NCBI GenBank assembly: GCA_045563675.1 | Contig: JBJLIX010000001.1 | Location: forward strand, 333,667-397,666 | Source: Gammaproteobacteria bacterium | GTDB lineage: Bacteria; Pseudomonadota; Gammaproteobacteria; Magnimaribacterales; Magnimaribacteraceae | Length of the DNA: 64,000 nucleotides | Direction of reading: 5' to 3' | In this document: one piece after another, positions 29,277 through 39,025 of the stretch | Numbering within the stretch: the first letter of the stretch is position 1 | Layout of the letters: every line of letters begins with the position of its first letter | The notes under the pieces: generated by a model | What the model was told of the DNA's origin: nothing | Database searches by the model: none | Seen by the model: the letters and a program-made list of their open reading frames with translations, nothing else | Made by a program: the position numbers and the translations under genes

Positions 29277-29888
29277 ATGAAATTAGAAATAGACCCAGAA
29301 GAAGTTAAAGGATTTCTTGATAAAGAAGAAGGAAAGACCTTATATGAGTTTGCAAAACTATACTCAAAAAAAGGGTTGTGCCTCGAAGTAGGCAGTTATT
29401 GTGGAAAATCTGCTATCTATATAGGCGCTGCAGTCAAAGAGAATAAACAAAAACTTTATTCAATAGACCATCACAAAGGTTCTGAAGAACAACAACCGGG
29501 GGAAGAGTTCTTTGATCCAGATCTTTTAGATGAAGACAAGACCGGCATTAATACTTTGCCATTCTTTTTAAATACAATAGATAAAGCGGGACTAACTAAT
29601 GTTGTTATTCCCATCATCTCAACTTCATTGGAAGCTGGTGAGGTTTGGTCTAAACCTCTAGCTATGGTTTTTATTGACGGAGGACATTCTGAAAAAGCTG
29701 CTAATGAAGACTATGATACTTGGAGCCCGCATTTAATTAAGGGTGGTTTATTGGCAATTCATGATGTGTTTCCTAACCCAGAAGATGGAGGAAGGCCACC
29801 TTTTAATATCTACACAAAGGCCAAAGAGAGTGGCCTATTTAAAGAATTAGATATGATTAACTCATTAGCCTTGCTGGAAAAACTTTAA
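29277..29888 (+). CDS. class I SAM-dependent methyltransferase (O-methyltransferase-like)
   Basis: 203 aa with LEVGSYCGKSAIYIG (motif I) and FIDGGHS. Confidence 0.75.
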   Translation: MKLEIDPEEVKGFLDKEEGKTLYEFAKLYSKKGLCLEVGSYCGKSAIYIGAAVKENKQKLYSIDHHKGSEEQQPGEEFFDPDLLDEDKTGINTLPFFLNTIDKAGLTNVVIPIISTSLEAGEVWSKPLAMVFIDGGHSEKAANEDYDTWSPHLIKGGLLAIHDVFPNPEDGGRPPFNIYTKAKESGLFKELDMINSLALLEKL

Positions 29889-29892
29889 GAAT

Positions 29893-30756
29893 ATGGTTTC
29901 CAATTCTAAAAACTTAAATCTTTCTGCTCGTCTATTTGTCCTATTTTGTTTCTTCATCTCTCTAAATAATGTTAGCTCTGAAGAAATAAAGATACTTACC
30001 TATAATACCCATGGACTCCCTGCAATATTTTCTGGAGATGAACCTAGTAATCGTTTTCCTTTAATTGCAAAAGAGACAAATCGTTACCACATCTCTCTTC
30101 TTCAGGAAGATTTTGCTCATCACGAGCTTTTGTTAAAGAATATAAAGAAGAATACTTTCGTTGAACGAGGTAATGAAAGCCAATCAACTTTTTGCCCTTT
30201 CTGCTCAGGGTCTGGGCTAACAATCCTTTCTAACCTTGATAAAGATTGGAAGGTAGAGGTATATTCAGAAGCCTTTAATACTTGTTCTGGTTGGCTGGGA
30301 AAGTTGAATGACTGTTTTGCTTCTAAAGGTTTCCAGTTGGCAAGAGTTACAGCTCCCTCTGGTAAATATTTCTTTATATTAAATACGCATCTAGATGCCG
30401 GAAGACATGATTCAGACCGCAAAGCCAGAAAGGAACAACTCAGTCAAATATTAATAAAAATTCAAAAAGAACTTTCTGGTGAGGCGCTTATTGTTGTGGG
30501 TGATCTAAATCTAAAATGGAATGATGAGCGGGATAGGTTCTTGCTAGAAAACTTTAAAGAACAGCTTGGTTTATCAGATCCTATTAAAGGGATCCAGACT
30601 GAAACAGGTTGGCCTGTTATTGATTACATTCTTTATCGTGACGGAGCAGAAACAACTTTTGAAGTGATCGAAAAGGGTGAAGATCTAAACTTTAAAACAC
30701 AGGCAGGTCCTTTAAGCGATCACCCTGCTCTTTTTATTGAATTAAATATTAATTAA
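29893..30756 (+). CDS. secreted endonuclease/exonuclease/phosphatase (EEP) family protein
   Basis: 287 aa with a signal peptide. EEP motifs: LTYNTHG, LQED, NTHLDA, VVGDLN, SDHPAL. Confidence 0.8.
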   Translation: MVSNSKNLNLSARLFVLFCFFISLNNVSSEEIKILTYNTHGLPAIFSGDEPSNRFPLIAKETNRYHISLLQEDFAHHELLLKNIKKNTFVERGNESQSTFCPFCSGSGLTILSNLDKDWKVEVYSEAFNTCSGWLGKLNDCFASKGFQLARVTAPSGKYFFILNTHLDAGRHDSDRKARKEQLSQILIKIQKELSGEALIVVGDLNLKWNDERDRFLLENFKEQLGLSDPIKGIQTETGWPVIDYILYRDGAETTFEVIEKGEDLNFKTQAGPLSDHPALFIELNIN

Positions 30757-30758
30757 AC

Positions 30759-30908
30759 CTATTTTTTATCTTTATTAACTTTTATACCTTGCTTTTCAAA
30801 CATCTGCATAAGAGCAGTTCTAATTTGTTCTCTTGTGTAAGTTGGTTCAATCACTACACCTTCTAACTTCTTATCTTCTTCTTTTTTAATTTCTTCTTCT
30901 TTTTTCAT
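30759..30908 (-). CDS. possible small protein (49 aa), below the ORF-track cutoff
   Basis: My own translation gives MKKEEEIKKEEDKKLEGVVIEPTYTREQIRTALMQMFEKQGIKVNKDKK. Its ATG overlaps the TGA of the upstream VOC gene (ATGA), and it fills an otherwise empty 148-bp spacer. Confidence 0.3.
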   Translation of the reverse strand: MKKEEEIKKEEDKKLEGVVIEPTYTREQIRTALMQMFEKQGIKVNKDKK

Positions 30909-31837
30909 TCTATTTCTTTAATCAATCTAGTTATTAAATTTCCTTCTCCCCTTGTATCAAAACAAGCAAAATTCTGATTTATGCTATCTTCAGGAAACAT
31001 TAAATTAACACCCTTAGATTGCAATTTCTCTGCTTCGATATTTAAGTCATCAACTGCAAATATAATTTCAGCAACACCGTCACCTCTAAGCTTTAAAGAG
31101 TCTTGGTAAATGCTTTGCGATGTTAAAGGTTCAATAAGCTCAAATGAAACCCCGCTTATATTAAATTGCTGGTATTTAGTATTTAAGCTTTTGTTTTCCA
31201 GTAAAGAGGTGGTTTCAGAAAAATTTAAGTCTCGATAATAATTAGAAGCGCTCTCTATATCAGATACTGCTATTCCTAGACCTTTAAATTTCCAGTCACT
31301 AACAAGAGGATGGGCTAAGTTATTTTCTTTCCAAGTTTTTTCCCAATTCCCCATAGGAGGTCTCAAAGAAATCATGAGGTCACCGTAACGACGTGTATCT
31401 AAATAGTTTTCTACCGTTTCTCCATTAACTGTAGCTTTAAAAACTAGCTCACAACCTTTAGATACAAGGAATTCAGTATCTTCTATGATATTGTTAGTAT
31501 TAAAGGCAATGTGGTTTATTCCAGGTCCTTTTTTTTCTAAATATTCACTTATAAACATTCCTGGTCCTGGTTTCATCGGATAGACCTCTAACTGACAATC
31601 TCCTATCTGGGAGTTGCCGTCTCTAAAATTGTGCGCACCGCCAGTTTTATACTTATGGGTAATGGGATCACCTTCAAGTTTTTGGAAGTAAGTTAATTCT
31701 CCATTGCCTTCTTCATAGGGCAATAAAGGTTGAGGTCCCACGCTTACCCCTAAACCAATAGTTTGAAAAAAATTCAGAACTGAATTCCTGTTGGTTACCA
31801 TTAACCCAATGTGGTTTAGATTCCAGTCTTTACTCAT
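30905..31837 (-). CDS. two-domain VOC (glyoxalase/dioxygenase) family protein
   Basis: 310 aa with two VOC-like halves (LNHIGLMV...INHIAFNT and GLGIAVSD...VAEIIFAV). Confidence 0.7.
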   Translation of the reverse strand: MSKDWNLNHIGLMVTNRNSVLNFFQTIGLGVSVGPQPLLPYEEGNGELTYFQKLEGDPITHKYKTGGAHNFRDGNSQIGDCQLEVYPMKPGPGMFISEYLEKKGPGINHIAFNTNNIIEDTEFLVSKGCELVFKATVNGETVENYLDTRRYGDLMISLRPPMGNWEKTWKENNLAHPLVSDWKFKGLGIAVSDIESASNYYRDLNFSETTSLLENKSLNTKYQQFNISGVSFELIEPLTSQSIYQDSLKLRGDGVAEIIFAVDDLNIEAEKLQSKGVNLMFPEDSINQNFACFDTRGEGNLITRLIKEIE

Positions 31838-32664
31838 GCCATATATCCACCGTCTACATTAAGAATAGTACCTGTTACATAAGTGGAGGCATCAGAGGCT
31901 AAAAATACAGCTGCATTTGCCATTTCATCAAAAGTTGCCACTCTACCAAGGGGAATATTCTCAGGACCCGTTGACCAAGACTCAAATTTTTCTTGTTCGG
32001 TAACTTCCTTCCTTTCTCTCTTTTCAGTTTTCTTATTTTTCTTTCTGTTTTCGGTACCAGGGAATTCTTCCCATTCAACTAAGGAAGGTGCGATGGCATT
32101 GACCCTTATATTATGAGGACCAAGATATCGGCAATATTGACGTGTCATCATTGCAATACCAGATTTTAAGATCGCATAATTACCCATTGCTTTGTCTGCA
32201 TGCGCTTTTAGACCGCCCCTAGAAGTTAAATTGATAATGCTTCCACTATTCTGCTTGATCATTATTTTGGATACTTCTTGAATCGTTAGCCAATAACCTT
32301 TTAGATTGACATTGGTTAACTTTTCCCAGGATTCTTCATCGAGATCAACAACTGACTTAGCGTGATACATAACAGCGACATTCATCAAGACATCAATAGT
32401 TCCAAATTCTTGAGCAACAGTTTTTACTAATTCTTTAACTTCACCTTCAGAAGAGATATCTGCCTTTAAAGCTATAGAATTACAACCCATAGCTTCTATT
32501 TCTTTACTAACATTTTCTAACTGACCAGATTCTGTATTGATATCAGTGACTGCCACATCGGCTCCTGCTTCCGCTAAACCAAGAGCAAATGCTTTTCCCA
32601 TGTTTCTTCTAGCGCCTACCACAAGGGCCTTTTTACCCTTTAAAGAAAAATTACTTAAAGTCAT
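31834..32664 (-). CDS. SDR family oxidoreductase
   Basis: 276 aa with YAILK (YxxxK) and C-terminal FLASDASTYVTGTILNVDGG. The Gly motif VVGARRNMG is atypical, and a charged insertion is present. Confidence 0.85.
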   Translation of the reverse strand: MTLSNFSLKGKKALVVGARRNMGKAFALGLAEAGADVAVTDINTESGQLENVSKEIEAMGCNSIALKADISSEGEVKELVKTVAQEFGTIDVLMNVAVMYHAKSVVDLDEESWEKLTNVNLKGYWLTIQEVSKIMIKQNSGSIINLTSRGGLKAHADKAMGNYAILKSGIAMMTRQYCRYLGPHNIRVNAIAPSLVEWEEFPGTENRKKNKKTEKRERKEVTEQEKFESWSTGPENIPLGRVATFDEMANAAVFLASDASTYVTGTILNVDGGYMA

Positions 32665-32692
32665 AGATTAACTATACCAAAGTCTTAATCTT

Positions 32693-33982
32693 TTAAACGT
32701 CTTGGTTGGCAGAATTCTTCTTTGGTCGTTTTTTGTGCCAAACAGCCTTTCCTCTCGAAGGTCTTGCCTTTCGTGAGCTTTTGAAGCGTACCCGGGACCT
32801 GCCTTTACCCTTGTTACCTGCTTTAGGTTTTGGAGGAGCAGATCTTAAATTTTGAGTTGGCTCAAAACCCTGGATGACCTTGCGTGGAATCTCATGTTTT
32901 AATAGCTTTTCAATATCGAACAATAATTTATGCTCATCAGCACTTACTAGAGAAACAGCCTTCCCTTCTTGGCCAGCCCTGGCGGTTCTTCCTATACGGT
33001 GAATGTAATCTTCCGGTACATACGGAAGGTCAAAATTGACAACTTGGGGTAATAAATTAATATCTATGCCTCTGGAGGCAATGTCAGTAGCTACTAATAC
33101 CTGTGTCTTGGCATCTTTAAAATCCTTTAAAGCTCTTGTTCTCTGAGCTTGAGATTTGTTTCCATGAAAAGCATCTGCGTCTATACCTTCTTTGTTTAAT
33201 TGAACAGCCAGTTTGTTCGCACCACGTTTTGTCCTTGAAAACACTAAAACTTGGAACCAGTTTTCTTCTTTTATGCAATAAGCCAGCAACTCCCCTTTCC
33301 TTGCTTTATCTACTGGATAAACCACTTGTGTCACTTTATCTACTGTAGAATTATTTGAAGCAACTTCAATCCTTTTTGGAGAATTTAGCAAACTATCTGC
33401 CAATGCCTTTATTTCTTTTGGAAAGGTAGCAGAGAAAAGGAGGTTTTGTTTTTTCTTTGGAAGGCAGGTCAAAATTTTCTTTATGTCTCTTATAAAGCCC
33501 ATGTCCAGCATTCGGTCTGCTTCATCTAAAACAAACACCTCCAGTTCAGAAAGATCTAAGGTCCTTCGATCTAGATGATCTAAAAGCCTACCAGGAGTTG
33601 CCACAACAATATCCACTCCTTTTCTAAGCTTATCAATTTGAGTGTTTATACTTACCCCGCCATATATAGTAGAGGTTCTGAACCTTAAATTATTACCATA
33701 ATTTCTAAAGCTATCGCCTACCTGAGAGGCCAATTCTCGGGTTGGGACTAGGACCAAAGCTCTCACTCTTCTTCTTTTAGATTCGTCTTTCTGAAATTTC
33801 TGCAAAATAGGTAGAGCAAATGCCGCTGTTTTACCTGTACCAGTTTGCGCACGAGCCATAATATCGTTACCTTTTATAATTGAAGGAATAGCTTGTAGTT
33901 GGATATCAGAAGGATAGACGTAACCCTTATCTTCAATAGCTTTTTTAAGCTCTGAAGAAAGACCCAGGGTGTTAAATGACAT
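32693..33982 (-). CDS. rhlE: DEAD-box ATP-dependent RNA helicase
   Basis: 429 aa with Q-motif, [25 protein letters not shown] and a basic C-terminal tail. Confidence 0.9.
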   Translation of the reverse strand: MSFNTLGLSSELKKAIEDKGYVYPSDIQLQAIPSIIKGNDIMARAQTGTGKTAAFALPILQKFQKDESKRRRVRALVLVPTRELASQVGDSFRNYGNNLRFRTSTIYGGVSINTQIDKLRKGVDIVVATPGRLLDHLDRRTLDLSELEVFVLDEADRMLDMGFIRDIKKILTCLPKKKQNLLFSATFPKEIKALADSLLNSPKRIEVASNNSTVDKVTQVVYPVDKARKGELLAYCIKEENWFQVLVFSRTKRGANKLAVQLNKEGIDADAFHGNKSQAQRTRALKDFKDAKTQVLVATDIASRGIDINLLPQVVNFDLPYVPEDYIHRIGRTARAGQEGKAVSLVSADEHKLLFDIEKLLKHEIPRKVIQGFEPTQNLRSAPPKPKAGNKGKGRSRVRFKSSRKARPSRGKAVWHKKRPKKNSANQDV

Positions 33983-34193
33983 ATTAATATTCTTATTAAC
34001 AACTATGATAGATAGTTATCTGATTGTTGGTTTATTTGGGCTTAAATGATTTGGTTTATTAGAATTTGGCGCGCAGTATACCCTTTGAATGTCCGTCTCT
34101 ATAGTTTTAAACAGAGAAAGCTTCAAATTATAGATAAAGATTCTGCTTCAATATCTAAATCAATAACCTTCCCATTGAAAATAAGAATGCTAC

Positions 34194-35612
34194 CTAGCTA
34201 GCTTTGAGTCTAGCAGCTATTAATGGCAGCTGACTATGCCCCTGAAAAGGCTCATCTCCTATAAAAAATACCGGGGTAACATTAATGGATTTAGGATCTA
34301 TTTCACTACGCACTTCATTTAAATGTGTAATACCGAGATTAGTAGAATACTCATTCCAGCCTTCAACTTTTACCCCTAGCTCAACCAGAATCTTTTCTAT
34401 GTCCTTAGCTGATTCTATAGGCCCTACCTCTTGCCAGATATACTTAAACATTCTCGTTACATAAGAATCGATAAGATCGCTATCAGCTTTAAGCTCTTTT
34501 TGAAGCCAGAGCAAACCCATATCGGGAAACTGGCAGTCTGATTCAGAATAAATATCCTGAAGTTCATGGGGTGCGTACCTGTTGATATCATTTGCGATGT
34601 ATTCACCTCTAATACGACGATGTTTTGCACCTCTATCTTCATTGGGTATTTCTTTATCAGGCACTTTAAGAGGTTTACTTGAGAAAGGCTTCCAATTAAT
34701 AACTATTCCATCTTTTTTTAAAGACTTTATGGGATTTAATGCCAAATAGCTTTGAGGACTTTTAAAATCAAAAAAAGTGGTTAATACAGAGGAGTCTGAA
34801 AGGTTATCTGCAGCAGACTTAGTCAAAGCCTTCCTGTCTAATTTATCGTCGATATCGTATCTGGTATTGGGTGCTTCTCCATCGCGTCCTGCTAACAACC
34901 AACTAATACGAGGTAGGTGCTCTCGACCAAAAAATTTTTCATGTTTTGGGTCATTAACCGATTCATTAGGCAAAATATAAGTAGGTACTCCAAATATTCC
35001 CGCATCAAATGCGGACTCTTGGAGGCTTTCATTCATAGAGGCGCCCTTTCCTTTTACAAAATCTGAAAAACCTTCAGTGGGTGCACCTATGGCTTTAAGG
35101 ACTTTTAAAACCTCAGATAAATCTTCAACATCTAATTCCCTTTTCCAGAAAGGGTCGTAAATTGCATCAATATACTTTTCTAGGAGACTTCCTTTTGAGC
35201 ATTGTTCAGTTAAATCTGAAAATTGCTTTATCCATAACATTCCTATTGCGGGTAGATTGGTGTTCCAGATTTTTATGGTTCCGCGTATGGTCATTCCGCT
35301 CAAATTGGCATATCTGCGGCAATCAAAATAAGCGTACTTCACCCCTGACCACTGTTCTTCTGTTCTATCCTGTTTAGCTACTTTTTTTCCTCCTTTGTCC
35401 AGTTTTGCTGAACCTAGATAACTCGGAATATCTAGTACAAAAGGCCGCCAGTCGGCTATCAAATCTAGCCTAGAGAGCATCTCTCGAGTAGGGGCTACCG
35501 ATAAATAAGCGTAAGGACTCTTAAAATCAATATAAACAATCAGCGGTGCGTCTGATTCTAGAGGTTCAATTTCATTATTTTCAGTTGTTAAAATACCAGA
35601 CTGAATGCTCAT
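34194..35612 (-). CDS. tandem DsbA-like / 2-hydroxychromene-2-carboxylate isomerase (NahD, GST-kappa)-like didomain protein
   Basis: 472 aa with no signal peptide. Two thioredoxin-like halves each open with the NahD-type motif (YIDFKSPYAY and FFDFKSPQSY), with no CxxC. A GAGGAG SD sits 4 nt before the ATG. Confidence 0.65.
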   Translation of the reverse strand: MSIQSGILTTENNEIEPLESDAPLIVYIDFKSPYAYLSVAPTREMLSRLDLIADWRPFVLDIPSYLGSAKLDKGGKKVAKQDRTEEQWSGVKYAYFDCRRYANLSGMTIRGTIKIWNTNLPAIGMLWIKQFSDLTEQCSKGSLLEKYIDAIYDPFWKRELDVEDLSEVLKVLKAIGAPTEGFSDFVKGKGASMNESLQESAFDAGIFGVPTYILPNESVNDPKHEKFFGREHLPRISWLLAGRDGEAPNTRYDIDDKLDRKALTKSAADNLSDSSVLTTFFDFKSPQSYLALNPIKSLKKDGIVINWKPFSSKPLKVPDKEIPNEDRGAKHRRIRGEYIANDINRYAPHELQDIYSESDCQFPDMGLLWLQKELKADSDLIDSYVTRMFKYIWQEVGPIESAKDIEKILVELGVKVEGWNEYSTNLGITHLNEVRSEIDPKSINVTPVFFIGDEPFQGHSQLPLIAARLKAS

Positions 35613-37845
35613 CGATCTCCTCTCTTAGTAAGTTTAACGTAAAGAATTCACCCTTTAACCAAGTCGCATAATGGTTCAATGCGAAATCGCTATCTGGCTT
35701 ACCTCCATTACCTCCCGCTATAACAAATTTTGCATGCATAGGGTCCGCAAGGTCTATAACTAAGCGATAGGCTGGACCATGAAAAACTCTATAGGGAATT
35801 TCATCTTTCTCAGGGCCTTTGCCTATGTGCATCGCCATAGCTAAAGTAGTTGGACTTCCTCCAATCTCATCTGGTCCTAAAGATAGCTCTTTCCAAGTTG
35901 GTTGTTTACGAAGACTATGCCAAAACTCAATTTTATGTAAATCGCCCCACCGCCACTTAGCTGGATCATCCCCTAAAGAAAGCCTTACTCTGTCCACAAT
36001 GACTTTCATCTCTTTATGGATTAAAGACTTTAGTGTTTCTTCATGTTCTGTCCAGGGTGATCCGGGGTTTCTAAACGAGCCTATGTCAAAAAGATTTAGT
36101 CCAGGAGCTCCCAAAGGTAAAACCTTCAACAGTTCATCATCTAATATCCCGTACATGTATTTGCGTTGCCAGAAGCGATCTTGAAATAGGTAGTAGAGAC
36201 ATGCACCTATAGCTTGTACTTCAGCTTTACAATCCCATTCTTTAAGTAATTTTGAGGCTAGCTTGATATCTTCGTCTTCACTTTCCTCTAATACCTTGAG
36301 TAAGTCTGGAATAATTTTCTGTGCTCTCTTATCTAATAAATCTAACTGCATCTGACAAAAATCTTCAATAGAGAACTTTTCCTTTTCCCGAAGCAGTTCC
36401 GTTATCCGATCTGCCCTTGCACTATGGGTTGGGAAGTTATGAATATAAAATTCTCCTTTTTCTCCCATGGTGTCGTTGTTGGCCGTGAGGGTAAAGCCAG
36501 ATGCTGGGTTTTTTTCTACTTTCAAATCTTCAGATTTTGCTAGAGGAAACAGATATTTTTCATCCCAACCCGCTAAAGGCACGCTACCAGTAACACCCTT
36601 TCTTTTAGGGGTGGTGGTAGCTATATATCTTTCTATGTTACTTTCTTTATCTACACAAATTATGTTGTTCACTAGGGGGCAAATTTCATTTTCAAATAAT
36701 AAATCGCCAAATTCACTAGCCGACTTTGCTGTTGGCAATAAGGCCAAAGCACCAGCCGAAGTTGGTTGATCCATTAAAGACCAATACAAACTAGTTTGAT
36801 ATTTCTCTCCTACAGTGTCCGACATCTGCATTTCTTTCATGAAAGGTTCTAAAAGGACGCCATGATCTGTCTTTTGAATATGAACTTCTCTGCTTGATTG
36901 GTCCTTAACTTCAATAGTTTCAGTTTGGGTTATTAAAGGCTTAAAACCAGAAGGTGTTTTACTTTCATCCCCTCTGATCTCTTCAACAAAGAGGTCATAA
37001 CAATCAACAAAACCTGTAGTAAGTCCCCAGGCTATATCATTTGTGTATCCCATCATAAAATAAGGGACGCCGGGAAAAGCCGCTCCAAAAGCATTCCAAG
37101 AACCGGCATTTAAATGAACGTAGAAGAAGGTATTTGGGATCGTAAATGGTTGATGAGGATCAGTTGCTAGCATGGGCTTACCTGACTCTGACAATTCACC
37201 TGTAATGGCCCAATTATTACTCCCTGAAAAAGAAGGGAGGTTAACTAAAGGGTAAGCTAAGTTAATCATTGCAGGATTAAGCTTCTCCAAAGGCTCCTTG
37301 AGATATTCAATCAAACTTCTATCATCTTCAGAGAAATGCAAAACATGATCAGAAAAATAATCCACTCCATGGGTAGCCATCAATCGTCCTAAGACAAGTT
37401 TTTCGGTCCAGCTCTTATGTTGAAACCAAGAAGTAAAACGGTATCTTGCTGCTATATCTAACCTATTAAATTCACGGGGCTCTACTCCTGCGTGTTGAAA
37501 TTCAGGAGGAATTTCATCCAAAGACCTTATGTAACTGTTAAGCCCTTCTAAATAAGCGTCTGCTATCCAATCCCCTTCACTTTCAGGCAGTTCAGTATGG
37601 CCTCCATGAACATTGAATGCTCTCTGAAAAGCATCTTGTGTTATAAATTTTTCTCCTAGTAAGGCAGCTGCCTCACCATTGGCATAAGCGCAACTTAAAT
37701 GGATCTGCCAAAGCCTTTCATAACCGGCTGCGAAGCCCATCCCTCGATAAGCGTCGGCTACCGTAGAGGCAAAAACATGAGCTATTCCTAATTTATCCCA
37801 AACAATTTCAAAAGGTTTATCTGCTTCCGTTAACTTTTTTTTCAA
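35581..37845 (-). CDS. penicillin/acyl-homoserine-lactone acylase family Ntn hydrolase
   Basis: 754 aa with the alpha-chain motif GFAAGYERLWQ and the nucleophile region FSGSNNWAITG...PMLATDPH. There is no signal peptide, and the upstream gene ends only 16 nt before the start. Confidence 0.85.
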   Translation of the reverse strand: MKKKLTEADKPFEIVWDKLGIAHVFASTVADAYRGMGFAAGYERLWQIHLSCAYANGEAAALLGEKFITQDAFQRAFNVHGGHTELPESEGDWIADAYLEGLNSYIRSLDEIPPEFQHAGVEPREFNRLDIAARYRFTSWFQHKSWTEKLVLGRLMATHGVDYFSDHVLHFSEDDRSLIEYLKEPLEKLNPAMINLAYPLVNLPSFSGSNNWAITGELSESGKPMLATDPHQPFTIPNTFFYVHLNAGSWNAFGAAFPGVPYFMMGYTNDIAWGLTTGFVDCYDLFVEEIRGDESKTPSGFKPLITQTETIEVKDQSSREVHIQKTDHGVLLEPFMKEMQMSDTVGEKYQTSLYWSLMDQPTSAGALALLPTAKSASEFGDLLFENEICPLVNNIICVDKESNIERYIATTTPKRKGVTGSVPLAGWDEKYLFPLAKSEDLKVEKNPASGFTLTANNDTMGEKGEFYIHNFPTHSARADRITELLREKEKFSIEDFCQMQLDLLDKRAQKIIPDLLKVLEESEDEDIKLASKLLKEWDCKAEVQAIGACLYYLFQDRFWQRKYMYGILDDELLKVLPLGAPGLNLFDIGSFRNPGSPWTEHEETLKSLIHKEMKVIVDRVRLSLGDDPAKWRWGDLHKIEFWHSLRKQPTWKELSLGPDEIGGSPTTLAMAMHIGKGPEKDEIPYRVFHGPAYRLVIDLADPMHAKFVIAGGNGGKPDSDFALNHYATWLKGEFFTLNLLREEIDEHSVWYFNN

Positions 37846-37861
37846 TTTAACCCCTTAAGAA

Positions 37862-39025
37862 TTAAAGGAGAGAATTATGGCGTAACCAATGAAAACAAAG
37901 TTTAGTTGCCTCATCTAAATGGCTTTTTTGGCCAAAGTAATAATGGTTAGCCCCTTTGACAATATGCAGCTTTTTATTTTCGTGAGAAATAGAATTAAAA
38001 AGTCTTTTGTTGTGACTGGGAGGGCAGGCATCGTCAGCTGAATTGCCTAAGACCAATATAGGTTTACTAATTTTTGCAGCACACTTTTCACCGTCGGCTT
38101 CACTGAGCTCATAGGACCATTGAGAAAGCCAACTTCTTACACTTGTAAATCTAGCAATGCCAATGGGGCTGTCATTAACGACCTTAGGATCTCCTAAATA
38201 ACACCAACCCGGCTTCCTATCATTGGGTTCAATGGAAGGATCTAACCATCTAGGATCTGCCATAGTGCCATGAACGATGAAGCCAAACTCTTTGGTTGGA
38301 TCTCCTTTAAAACTCTCCAGTTTTTCTTTAACCCAGGAAGTAATCTTGTTATTTCGCTCAATCTGTTTTTTTCTGTATATCTCTAAAAACTCTTTGGTAT
38401 ATGGTGGTTGGTTAGGATTGTCGGGATCATACAGATTTAATTCTTTATCTCGCAGCTCAGGGTTTTCTTCATCCAGGATAGAAGGGTCCAGCCATTCAGT
38501 TAAGGTTGTGGCTCTACTGCAATGAGAAGCCAACAACATGACTGCATCACAAGGCAATAAATCCGCAGTTGTCAGGTCAGGGGGATCTCCAGCTGGCGTG
38601 CTCTTTAGAGTTGGTTTTTCTGCTTGAGATTGATAAAACAAGGAAAGTGATCCGCCTCCGCTCCAGCCTCCCAGAATGACCTTTTTATAGCCTAACCTGT
38701 CTTTGGCTTCTCTAACACAAGCGCCCAAATCCATGACGACTTTCTCCATAATAAGTCCGCTGTCGACGCCACGATATCTGCTATTGCAATAAATAACGGG
38801 TATGCCACTTCTGGCCAAGGCTGTTGGCATAGGTAAATAAGCTCCTCCGGCACCTGCTGGGTGCATAAAGAGAACAACGGAATCGGTAGCAGGCTTTTCA
38901 GGAATTAAATGATGTGCCTCTAAAAAAACAAGGTCTTCTGCTCCTGCATAAGTATCTTTATAAGCTGATTTCTCTTCATAGACTATTGCAATGGGTTTTC
39001 TTTCATAACTGGTTGATTCCGTCAT
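37862..39025 (-). CDS. alpha/beta hydrolase fold protein
   Basis: 387 aa with nucleophile elbow GGWSGGGS and a C-terminal GANHYY His region. No signal peptide. Confidence 0.65.
   Translation of the reverse strand: MTESTSYERKPIAIVYEEKSAYKDTYAGAEDLVFLEAHHLIPEKPATDSVVLFMHPAGAGGAYLPMPTALARSGIPVIYCNSRYRGVDSGLIMEKVVMDLGACVREAKDRLGYKKVILGGWSGGGSLSLFYQSQAEKPTLKSTPAGDPPDLTTADLLPCDAVMLLASHCSRATTLTEWLDPSILDEENPELRDKELNLYDPDNPNQPPYTKEFLEIYRKKQIERNNKITSWVKEKLESFKGDPTKEFGFIVHGTMADPRWLDPSIEPNDRKPGWCYLGDPKVVNDSPIGIARFTSVRSWLSQWSYELSEADGEKCAAKISKPILVLGNSADDACPPSHNKRLFNSISHENKKLHIVKGANHYYFGQKSHLDEATKLCFHWLRHNSLL

Noticed and set aside
34027-34060. Direct repeat TTGGTTTATT x2 (starts 24 bp apart), followed by the GC-rich GGCGCGC, in the 211-bp spacer upstream of rhlE.
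   Set aside because: A short AT-rich decamer repeat can arise by chance in an AT-rich spacer, and no matching regulator motif was recognised. It may still be part of a long rhlE 5' UTR or promoter.
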